DNA from: a virus
Lineage: Duplodnaviria > Caudoviricetes
Direction: 5' to 3' (one strand)
Length of the DNA: 64,000 bases
IMG/VR virus record: IMGVR_UViG_3300028631_000429
Location: 6,385 to 70,384 of that record
Part shown: positions 27,910-36,042 of the stretch, one piece after another
How positions within the stretch are numbered: position 1 is the first letter of the stretch
Layout: each line of letters opens with the position of its first letter
The notes under the pieces: generated by a model
Databases searched by the model: none
Told to the model about the DNA's origin: nothing
The model's input: only the letters and a program-made list of their open reading frames with translations
Translations under genes and position numbers: made by a program

Positions 27910-28029
27910 CTATCTATGACGATTGCCGATGCGATGAAAAAACACCGGGCGATTAACGCTCCGGTGCTGCTTTGGCATGAGTAATTTTTTGAGGTGCGAC
28001 TTAATACTTTTTTCTTTCCGTTTCTTCAT
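27910..28029 (-). CDS. 39-aa basic small ORF overlapping a terminator-like hairpin
   Basis: RBS GGGGGA, MKKRKEKSIKSHLKKLLMPKQHRSVNRPVFFHRIGNRHR*; contains CACCGG-N12-CCGGTG-TTTTTT. Not in the ORF track. Confidence 0.4.
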   Translation of the reverse strand: MKKRKEKSIKSHLKKLLMPKQHRSVNRPVFFHRIGNRHR

Positions 28030-28045
28030 GTAGATCCCCCAATCT

Positions 28046-30706
28046 TTATATGGTGTGCATAGACTGTTCATGATCATCTTGCTTTTGACCCTGCGCCTGC
28101 TTCTTAGCCCTTATCTTCTGCAAGAGTTTCCGATCGGCACGCTGGTTCGGCGGTATTCTTGCCGGTGGGGTGTCACCGATAATGCGGCTCATATGGTGTA
28201 GTAACCTTGTAGCTGCCAGCATCACAGACGGTTCTTTAAACTCATCTATATGGTCAAGAAAAAACTGAGCATAGATGTTACCCTGCGCTGCCGAGAGTGT
28301 GAACCACTTTACGGCTTCTTCTTTATCTTTCAGAATATCTTTCCCCATCAGATAAAGCTTTCCAAGAGTGTACTGGGCATATTGATTACCTTGATTTGCA
28401 GAAGCGGTCAAATATTGCAAAGCTGTTTCCACATTCTTTGAGACATCCTCGCCTGTAAGATAAAGCTTTCCAAGGCGGTATTCGGCAAATTCGTTCCCAT
28501 TTATAGCTGCGCTTTTTAAATATGAAATTGCCTTTGCTACATCCTTTGGAACATCCTCACCTTTTAGATAAAGGCAACCGAGAGCATATTCTGCAAACTG
28601 ATTTTTCTGCTGGGCAGAAATACTAAACCAACGCAAGGCCTCAGGGATATCTTTTAAGATACCCTCACCGCCCAAGTACAGCTTGCCAAGCTGATAGGCG
28701 GCAAAGGAGTTTCCCACCAATGCCGCTTTTTCAAAATAACTTCGTGCCTGCAGTATATCCTTTTCCGTACCGATACCATTTAGGAGCATCCAGCCAAGAC
28801 GATATTGAAGCTTATCATCATGACTTTGTTTTTCCAAGGAAGTAAATCCATGAAATGCATCTGAAAAATGTTTTTGCGCTTTCTCTTCATTTTTATCACA
28901 GCCAATGCCATCACGAAGCATTTTACCTGTTTCAAAGCTGGCATAAGGAAAACCCTGTTTAGCTGAGTGCAGGTACAGTTCAAAGGCGGTTTGGTAATCT
29001 TGTTCTACACCGTTACCCCTATAATAAAGACCAGCAAGAGAATACTCCGCATATTTATATTTTTCACTTGCCGATTGTGTAAGCCACTGAGCGGCTTTCA
29101 TATAATCCTGTTCTGCACCAAAGCCCGCTGCATACATTTTCCCAATGCGATACTGGGTATATTTCCAAGGTTTTTCAGATTCTGCAGCATGGAATATTGT
29201 GAGTGCCTTTTCATACCACTGATGTGATTTATCAGCATCTTCACTGCATCCAAGACCATCCGCATTCATTCTGCCAATGTCATACATGGCAAGAGGATTA
29301 TTCAGCTCTGCTTCCAAAAGTAACAGACTATAGGCCTTTTCAAAATCCTGCGTAATTCCGGCATCCTCATCACCATAGAAAAATTGCTTTGCTTGCTTAT
29401 AGTCCCCGCTCCACCATGAAGGGCTTCGGCTTTTACCATGATGACTATTCTCTTTCTTATGCGGTTCAAAGCCGTCTTGAATATCGTCTGCATTTTCCGG
29501 CAGAAAATAGTCGGGCGGCATACTACTATCAACAGGGGGTTCGGGTATAATAGCATCTGCTGTTTCTGATTCATCAAAGATAAATTCCCCTTTTGAAATT
29601 TCCATTGCTTCTTTTATAACCATGTTACGAATAGATTTAAAGTCACTGCATTTTGAAAGCGGCAATTGCTGAGATGGTGTTTCGGTATAGATATTCTCAA
29701 TCTGCCCCTTTGCTTTTTGCCATAGGGTATAGGCTTTAGCCACTCTTTCATCCTTGGCAAGCTCATCTACAATTTCATCCACCACATTTTTTAGTTCTGC
29801 TTTGAGATAGCCATATTGTTTTTTTCCTGTGGTATGTTTCAGACACTCCGCAAGATAGGTGATAAGCTCTTCAATTTTTTCGTTTCTAAGTGTATCACTT
29901 TGCATTTGTATCAGCAGTTTTCGAAGTGCAGTGCGTGTTTCTTTAGTAAGATTATCCCGCTTTTGAGTTTTTTCTCCGTATAAAGGTATCAGCTCCTGTC
30001 GGAAAATTTCCGTTGAAAGAGCTGATTTCATTTTGCGAATCCCCGGCTTAGTAAGGTATCCTTCATTTGGATTTGTGCTGTAACAAATCATATGGACATG
30101 AGGGTGGTGGCTCTCATTATGAAATGCCGCATACCATTTCAGATTGTCCGGATGAATTTTAAGGCTTTCCGCAAGGTCAATCGCCTTTGAAGAAATCAGC
30201 GACTTCCAGCTATCGGCGTTTTCGAATCCAAATTTTTCAGCATCCTCACGGCGAAGGGAAATAATCGGTGTCCACACATTACCGGTATGCTCTGCAATCT
30301 CTTTTGCAGCCTGTGAGAGAATAAGCGGATGCTCTCCGACTGCAAACAAACCATGGGTATCAAACTTTTCCACTCTGGGACGGTTTGCGATGTAATCAAG
30401 ATATTTTTCTTTATCACCGATTTGTTCAATGTGCTGTTCCAATGTGATAGAAATAAATTCAGAAGCATTTTCACGATTTGGCTCGGCAAGGTAGTCCTCA
30501 TATTCCAGTGACTCCTTGCTATCGGGAATTTCTCGAATGATTTGAGTAATAAGCAATTGCTGCTTTTTGGTGCTATTCCAAAGTGCCTTAGCATTAGAAA
30601 CTTTTTCTACACCATCACGGGTGGCAATATATTTGACCAGATGATTTAGATGGGATGCGGCTTTTCCGCCTTTTAGATAACCATTTTTAATAACCAGTCT
30701 TGCCAT
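28046..30706 (-). CDS. MobP3/MobL-type relaxase with about nine Sel1-like repeats
   Basis: YIATRDGVE, YIANRPRV, HUH motif AAFHNESHHPHVH; repeated (F/Y)AxYxLGxxYxxGxGVxxD units. Confidence 0.9.
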   Translation of the reverse strand: MARLVIKNGYLKGGKAASHLNHLVKYIATRDGVEKVSNAKALWNSTKKQQLLITQIIREIPDSKESLEYEDYLAEPNRENASEFISITLEQHIEQIGDKEKYLDYIANRPRVEKFDTHGLFAVGEHPLILSQAAKEIAEHTGNVWTPIISLRREDAEKFGFENADSWKSLISSKAIDLAESLKIHPDNLKWYAAFHNESHHPHVHMICYSTNPNEGYLTKPGIRKMKSALSTEIFRQELIPLYGEKTQKRDNLTKETRTALRKLLIQMQSDTLRNEKIEELITYLAECLKHTTGKKQYGYLKAELKNVVDEIVDELAKDERVAKAYTLWQKAKGQIENIYTETPSQQLPLSKCSDFKSIRNMVIKEAMEISKGEFIFDESETADAIIPEPPVDSSMPPDYFLPENADDIQDGFEPHKKENSHHGKSRSPSWWSGDYKQAKQFFYGDEDAGITQDFEKAYSLLLLEAELNNPLAMYDIGRMNADGLGCSEDADKSHQWYEKALTIFHAAESEKPWKYTQYRIGKMYAAGFGAEQDYMKAAQWLTQSASEKYKYAEYSLAGLYYRGNGVEQDYQTAFELYLHSAKQGFPYASFETGKMLRDGIGCDKNEEKAQKHFSDAFHGFTSLEKQSHDDKLQYRLGWMLLNGIGTEKDILQARSYFEKAALVGNSFAAYQLGKLYLGGEGILKDIPEALRWFSISAQQKNQFAEYALGCLYLKGEDVPKDVAKAISYLKSAAINGNEFAEYRLGKLYLTGEDVSKNVETALQYLTASANQGNQYAQYTLGKLYLMGKDILKDKEEAVKWFTLSAAQGNIYAQFFLDHIDEFKEPSVMLAATRLLHHMSRIIGDTPPARIPPNQRADRKLLQKIRAKKQAQGQKQDDHEQSMHTI

Positions 30707-31128
30707 TAGATATCAACACCTTGCTGGAATAAAACTGCATCATCTAGTTTGATTTTCCCTCTGGTCTTTTTTACTTCTGCAACGCATCTGCCTCGGAGAC
30801 TTTGCAGTTCGTTATCGGTGACTTCTAGCGTGGCCGCTAAAAGATGCATCATCATACTAATCTCCACAGATAAGCGGAACAGATTATTTGCCACACGATT
30901 TTCTGTGTTTTGCAAAGTACCTTGAATGGCTCCGAGTAAATTCTGCGATAAAAAAGATGTGCTGTTTTGACAGCTTAGATATCCGGTATAGAAATCCACC
31001 GCTTGTGAAATAAACTCGGTATGATTTTTCATATTCTTTGCCTGAATCATAGCTTCCATGTTTTGAATCATATCCGGATAGAGCCATGCTACTACCCGCT
31101 GTTTCAGCTCGGTTTTATTCTCATTCAT
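30706..31128 (-). CDS. Probable relaxosome accessory protein (RHH-like)
   Basis: Immediately upstream of and touching the relaxase; N-terminal beta-alpha-alpha pattern (RVVAWL...HTEFISQAVDFY). Confidence 0.65.
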   Translation of the reverse strand: MNENKTELKQRVVAWLYPDMIQNMEAMIQAKNMKNHTEFISQAVDFYTGYLSCQNSTSFLSQNLLGAIQGTLQNTENRVANNLFRLSVEISMMMHLLAATLEVTDNELQSLRGRCVAEVKKTRGKIKLDDAVLFQQGVDI

Positions 31129-31149
31129 TTCATCAAATCTCCTTATATT

Positions 31150-31560
31150 TTTCTGACAGCACCTTGGGGAGCACCTTGCAAATGCTGATACGGCTGGGGT
31201 TAGATAAGCGTTACAGCACCTAAGAGAGCATAAAAGGCTATTTACAGCACCTTTGTTATGATTTTACCCTGTGCGAAAAAGGCTGTATTTACGGTGTAAA
31301 GGCGGTCGGCACTGCCGACCGCTGTGACCGAGAGGTGCGTTTACAGCACCTCTCTTTCTCCTGCTCTATTTTCAATCCACGGATTCACGCTCATAGTGAT
31401 GTCGTTCTGCCTGTCCATAGGCTACTCTGTCTGTCCGCAAAGCTTCCTCAATTTGCCCTCCAAACTGCCAAGTGGTGTTACCCGCCCTACCCATGGACTT
31501 AAATGCCCACACGGGGGCACACAGGGGGCGACAGGGGGGATAATGATGCTCCCTTACTTC
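31150..31560. promoter_or_regulatory. Candidate oriT
   Basis: TTACAGCACCT at 31211, 31242, 31341 plus partial copies at 31156, 31170; hairpins 31302-31322 and 31331-31353; non-coding, next to relaxosome genes. Confidence 0.6.
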
Positions 31561-31579
31561 TTGAGTTTCGTTTCAAGGG

Positions 31580-31834
31580 TTATATATCTTCATTTGGCGG
31601 GTTAGGGGAGTGCTGGGTTGTTTTTTCTTTCTGCTTTTTAGCTTTTGGGGCGGGCATGCTATCTGCCGTTTCATCGATATATTCTCGCACTGCAGCCGGT
31701 ACATATTTTTCGTATAGTTTTTGCAATGCTTCACCCAGTTCATGCTCAATGGATGCATCTTTTTTCTCCATATAGCGTTTGGTAGCTCCGAGCTTTTGAG
31801 CTTCCATACTAAGCGAGATGGTATCTTTTTTCAT
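31580..31834 (-). CDS. DUF6103-like ICE protein
   Basis: MKKDTISLSMEAQKLGATKRYMEKKDASIEHEL...YEKYVPAAVREYI; RBS GGAGG before ATG 31834. Confidence 0.7.
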   Translation of the reverse strand: MKKDTISLSMEAQKLGATKRYMEKKDASIEHELGEALQKLYEKYVPAAVREYIDETADSMPAPKAKKQKEKTTQHSPNPPNEDI

Positions 31835-31853
31835 TATAATTATCCTCCAATCA

Positions 31854-32219
31854 TTAAAAACTAATAAATGTAATGCGTGGTTCCAACTCTTGTTCCTCGC
31901 CGGTAAAGGCAGGGGAATCTGCAAACTGCTCTGCATATTTTTCTGCCTGCTTGTTGGTTAAGGAAACAAAATCGCCTTCCATACTATCGCCACAAATAAA
32001 AAACGGGCCGCAAACAATATCATCACCAAACCATCGATTGGGCTTCATGCCGTTTAGCTTACCTTCATCATTACAGACCAACAGACAATCATTATCCAAG
32101 CCGATAACCTGAATAAGACCGTCAACCTCAGCTTGCAAGCCGTCAAGATTGTTGCAGATTTCTTTTATAATCGGTGGCTGACCGACTTCAATTTTTAAAA
32201 CTTTAATCATGTTATCCAT
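31854..32219 (-). CDS. DUF3846-like protein
   Basis: LQAEVDGLIQ, VCNDEGKLNGMKPNR, IVCGPFFICG. Confidence 0.75.
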   Translation of the reverse strand: MDNMIKVLKIEVGQPPIIKEICNNLDGLQAEVDGLIQVIGLDNDCLLVCNDEGKLNGMKPNRWFGDDIVCGPFFICGDSMEGDFVSLTNKQAEKYAEQFADSPAFTGEEQELEPRITFISF

Positions 32220-32280
32220 ATAAATGTCCTCCTGCTTTTCTTGTATTTCCATAGCTTTTCTTTTAGCTAAACCAACTTTC

Positions 32281-32856
32281 TTAAATATGCTGCATAGACA
32301 TTTCTGTATCTTCCTGAACGACATTTGGGCAAAAATCCAAATAAAATGTCATATCAAAACCGTCCTCAGTCATTTCCACCTCGGCCATTTCATCTGCACA
32401 GCTTAAAATATTGAGGACTTGTTCTCCGATTCCATTACCGTTTTTTATGGTAATTCCGTATTGTTCTTTGATTTCATCAAAATCTGTAATCCAATTTCCG
32501 CCCTCTGTATGCATGCATCCTTCCTTAATGAGAGAGTCTGCAAGCTCTAAAATTTGTTGCTGGAAATAAGGTTTTATACGAGGAAGCCAAGCAACATATC
32601 TGGCATAATCGTAGCCCTGACTTTCCACAAGGAAGCCATCATGTGATTGGTCGCTCAGTATAAGGAGGGAGTGACGAACACCTTTTTCATCCATATACAT
32701 ATATTCCTTATGGTCTTTTATAAAATCTTCATCCCTGAGAAGCCCTCTTGAAAAGGCTATAAATTTTTGCTCGGGCAGTATTACCACAGCCTCTATAAAG
32801 GCTTCACTTAAATTAAAAGTTGAGATTTTCCTTTCAAAGTTTACTTGTAATTTCAT
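32281..32856 (-). CDS. DUF6329-like ICE protein
   Basis: HSLLIL...DGFLVESQGYDYARY pattern; RBS GGAG. Confidence 0.65.
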   Translation of the reverse strand: MKLQVNFERKISTFNLSEAFIEAVVILPEQKFIAFSRGLLRDEDFIKDHKEYMYMDEKGVRHSLLILSDQSHDGFLVESQGYDYARYVAWLPRIKPYFQQQILELADSLIKEGCMHTEGGNWITDFDEIKEQYGITIKNGNGIGEQVLNILSCADEMAEVEMTEDGFDMTFYLDFCPNVVQEDTEMSMQHI

Positions 32857-32873
32857 TTAGTTGACTCCTTCCT

Positions 32874-33974
32874 TTATGGTAAATAACTTCTTGGATTTTG
32901 CTTTTCTCCACCCACTCGCACCTCAAAGTGTAGATGGTTTCCCGTGCTTCTTCCGGTAGAACCCACCTCGGCAATAATACTGCCGGCATCTACGGTTTGC
33001 CCTTCGCTGACAAGAATTTTAGAGCAATGGGCATAGAGTGTAACAAATCCACCGCCATGATCTACCATCACATGGTAGCCATATCCGCTGGTGGAATAAC
33101 GGACCACATAAACTGTTCCGGGAAGTGCCGCTCGAATGGAAGTGCCCCTGGATGCACCAAGGTCGATCCCGCCATGTCCTGCTCCTTTACCGGTGAACGG
33201 GTCTTTACGATAGCCAAACTCCGAGGTGACCATACTGCGCCAACTCTCACCAAGGGGTGAGCAGAAACCGTCTGCTCCGATAAAGGGTGCAGACGAAAGG
33301 GGCAAACCGTTTGACCATTCATCAAACTCATGACCATAAGTTGGGGCTGGACTTCCATAAAGCACACGGTAATAAATTTCTGTTGCATTGATTTGGCTCT
33401 CGTGAGTGACCGCCATCCCCATAGACAAGGAAATATTTTCATATACTATGGGCAGTTCCCTGATAGGAACCGCCACGATATAAGTTTCTTCCTCGGTAGT
33501 TTCATTGCCGTCTGAATCTGTGGTAGTGACAGTTCTGGTGCGTTCCTCATAGGTGGCAAATGAGTCAACAAACTGTCTGTGCTGAAGCCTTGAAGGACTT
33601 TCAGCGCCGAAAAATAGAGAATAAAAAATAGCCTTAACCCTTACTGAGTCGAGGCTGTCTCCATCTTCTATTTCTCTGTTTACTGCGGCAATAGCACCGT
33701 CTAAAAGTGTAAAACTGCTTCGCATGTCCTCAATGTATCCTCGGTAATCCTCTGGGACATTGCCCGAAATAACACCGCCGTCAAAGCATAGGCCTACAGC
33801 AGTATTGTTATGATCTGCTGTGCCAGATAGCAGGCTGCAGATTAAAACAATGATTAAAATGACCGGCGACAGGATTAAACCGATTGTCCAGCCAATAGTT
33901 TTGCGAAGTCTTTCATCCGATAAAGCCGTAGCGGCGGCTTTCGCAACCATAGTTATTGTTGCAGGGTCAGCCAT
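32874..33974 (-). CDS. M23 peptidase, conjugative cell-wall hydrolase
   Basis: HGGIDL, LYAHCS, TGNHLHFEV; N-terminal TM segment. Confidence 0.9.
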   Translation of the reverse strand: MADPATITMVAKAAATALSDERLRKTIGWTIGLILSPVILIIVLICSLLSGTADHNNTAVGLCFDGGVISGNVPEDYRGYIEDMRSSFTLLDGAIAAVNREIEDGDSLDSVRVKAIFYSLFFGAESPSRLQHRQFVDSFATYEERTRTVTTTDSDGNETTEEETYIVAVPIRELPIVYENISLSMGMAVTHESQINATEIYYRVLYGSPAPTYGHEFDEWSNGLPLSSAPFIGADGFCSPLGESWRSMVTSEFGYRKDPFTGKGAGHGGIDLGASRGTSIRAALPGTVYVVRYSTSGYGYHVMVDHGGGFVTLYAHCSKILVSEGQTVDAGSIIAEVGSTGRSTGNHLHFEVRVGGEKQNPRSYLP

Positions 33975-33978
33975 AAAA

Positions 33979-34482
33979 TCACCACCATTTCAGCTCGCCA
34001 AATCCGAACATATCCTGCTGTTCTAACTCTGGCTCGCTTTCCATCAAATGCTCGGTATAATCAAGCGCCTGCTCCAAAACAATAAGGTCAAAGCCTGCAC
34101 TCTTATAACCTTCAAGGATGGTATTGTAATAAAAATCGGAAGGATAGCCCAGACGATGTCCCGGAGTCATGATATAGACCATAGCTGGCACTGTTCCTCC
34201 ATCCAGCGGCAGCTCCATTGTTTCCTTGCCGTAAAAACTGGGATACCCCTCGTAAATATCAAGGGCTTTCTCATCCTTTTGGGTAATCTCCCAAAGCAAA
34301 ACAGGAACAGAACTTCCCTCGCAAGGCTCGATTGTAGCCACTGCACCATGCCTGCCGCCCCTGAAAACAAGGGCATAATTCTTTATTTCCGATGCCCCCA
34401 ACACTTTGGCAGTAGGACACCTTTTCGCCATTTGGGGCAGATTAAGATTACTGCCGTAGGCGATATATAGTTTATTTTCCAT
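33979..34482 (-). CDS. Gamma-glutamylcyclotransferase (AIG2-like)
   Basis: YIAYGSNL, LDIYEGYP; ATG 34482 behind GAGGGAG. Confidence 0.88.
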   Translation of the reverse strand: MENKLYIAYGSNLNLPQMAKRCPTAKVLGASEIKNYALVFRGGRHGAVATIEPCEGSSVPVLLWEITQKDEKALDIYEGYPSFYGKETMELPLDGGTVPAMVYIMTPGHRLGYPSDFYYNTILEGYKSAGFDLIVLEQALDYTEHLMESEPELEQQDMFGFGELKWW

Positions 34483-34492
34483 ATGCACTCCC

Positions 34493-35530
34493 TCACATTG
34501 ACATAGTAAAAGCGGGGGATTCTCCATCCTCCGCTTCCAAATTAATAGCTTCTGTTGGCTCTTGTTCTGCTTCTGCAGCCTGTGCCAGCTCTGCTTCACG
34601 CTTTTCCCTAAGCCTTTCTTTTTGCCTTTCTGCTTGAGCCGGGTCTTTCCAGGCAATACAGCCTTCCAGATGATCCAGCAGATGCTTTCGTGCTGTTTTA
34701 AATTCATCCCCAATCATACCAAGGCGCAAAAGCCAAACACGAAAGGTATATTTCTCATTGCTGGATTCAGTTTTTATCGGGCTTGCAGAGCGCTGATTGA
34801 GAGCCTGCGCTGTAATGGCAAGACAGAACTGAATATATGCTTTAATCTTCCCGGCATGTAAATCGCCGTTAAAAGCACGAAATTCAACAGTTCCTTTTTG
34901 AAACACGCTATGCAGATTCAAACATCGATAGCGGCTGGAGTGATAATGTTCACGGCTTCCATCGCCTCCGTTGTACCAAATACTTTTGAGTTTTTCTAAG
35001 GTTGCAGGCTTCTTACGATTAATTTGTTCCAAAAAGATTGGATCAATCTTCTGACAGAAGCTTGTTTCTCTACCTCGTGACACCTTTAATGCTTTATAAA
35101 TCATGTCCTCTTTAGCAGCCATGATATTGACAAGATTCCGAAGCTTTGGGGCTTCAAAAGGGGCAGCATTAATGTGAATGTGAATACCACAGGAGGAATT
35201 AATAAAGGCTCCTGCACCTCTCAGTTTACGAACCATTTCCTGTACGGCTTCAATATCTTTATACTGACATATGGGGCTAACCAGTTCTACGCTGTAGCTC
35301 CTGTCAGCACTCACTTTTCTGCGGCCTTCTTTTCTTTGACAGTCAATACTGGCATCGCTCATAACTTTCCATTTGCGGCCTTCGCTGTCACGGGCATAAT
35401 ATACATCGTAATAAGTGCCTTCATATTCCTTGGTCGTGCCAAGGTATTCGGCAATTACCTCTGCGGCACGGCTTCTTGTAATACCAGTCATTTCAATTTC
35501 AATTCCGAAATCTTGGCCTTGTATCTCCAT
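34493..35530 (-). CDS. Putative amidoligase (COOH-NH2 ligase, glutamine synthetase-like fold)
   Basis: FGIEIE, DASI, ELVSP, SCGIHIH, RYRCLN, TVEFRAF. Confidence 0.88.
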   Translation of the reverse strand: MEIQGQDFGIEIEMTGITRSRAAEVIAEYLGTTKEYEGTYYDVYYARDSEGRKWKVMSDASIDCQRKEGRRKVSADRSYSVELVSPICQYKDIEAVQEMVRKLRGAGAFINSSCGIHIHINAAPFEAPKLRNLVNIMAAKEDMIYKALKVSRGRETSFCQKIDPIFLEQINRKKPATLEKLKSIWYNGGDGSREHYHSSRYRCLNLHSVFQKGTVEFRAFNGDLHAGKIKAYIQFCLAITAQALNQRSASPIKTESSNEKYTFRVWLLRLGMIGDEFKTARKHLLDHLEGCIAWKDPAQAERQKERLREKREAELAQAAEAEQEPTEAINLEAEDGESPAFTMSM

Positions 35531-35543
35531 TTAATCACCGCCC

Positions 35544-36023
35544 TTACCACATTCTGTGTTGGAGGGTATGATCTTTTTCATGTAAAAGTCCCGCCATTTC
35601 AGCGGCCGAATTGATAAAACTGCAAAGTCTCTCCCTTCGCCAAGTATCAATTAAATGCCGGCTGCATTCCTCATTGAGAGCATTGATTTTTAAGACTGCA
35701 TCTTTAACACATTCAGAAATAGCAGCAGAATCACCTTCCGCAGATATCAGATCCTCAATGTATTCGTCTAAAATCCTTTCCATCAAAGATACATCTTCCA
35801 GTGTATAATGATAGCTGTCAGCGTAGGGATTAGGATATTCTTTTCCGTCCATGCAGTATCGTAGATTATCTAAGATTCCTGGTCTTTCTTCACTTTCTGA
35901 CTTTTGATATTTCTCCATAAAAGCTAAAATATCCGCTTCACGGTCTGGAGTGTAGCGGATAAAAGACAGCATATCTTCAAGAAGCCCTGATTTACTTTCC
36001 TTATGATCTATTAACTTTGTCAT
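35544..36023 (-). CDS. Hypothetical helical protein (159 aa)
   Basis: RBS AAGGGAG before ATG 36023; ends VLKINALNEEC...LIDTWRRERLCSFI...DHTLQHRMW. Confidence 0.7.
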   Translation of the reverse strand: MTKLIDHKESKSGLLEDMLSFIRYTPDREADILAFMEKYQKSESEERPGILDNLRYCMDGKEYPNPYADSYHYTLEDVSLMERILDEYIEDLISAEGDSAAISECVKDAVLKINALNEECSRHLIDTWRRERLCSFINSAAEMAGLLHEKDHTLQHRMW

Positions 36024-36042
36024 TATTCTTCTCCCTTCTTCA

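Noticed and set aside
31141-31360. CRISPR mini-array
   Set aside because: Repeats are only 11 bp, irregularly spaced, with no cas genes; better explained as oriT protein-binding sites.
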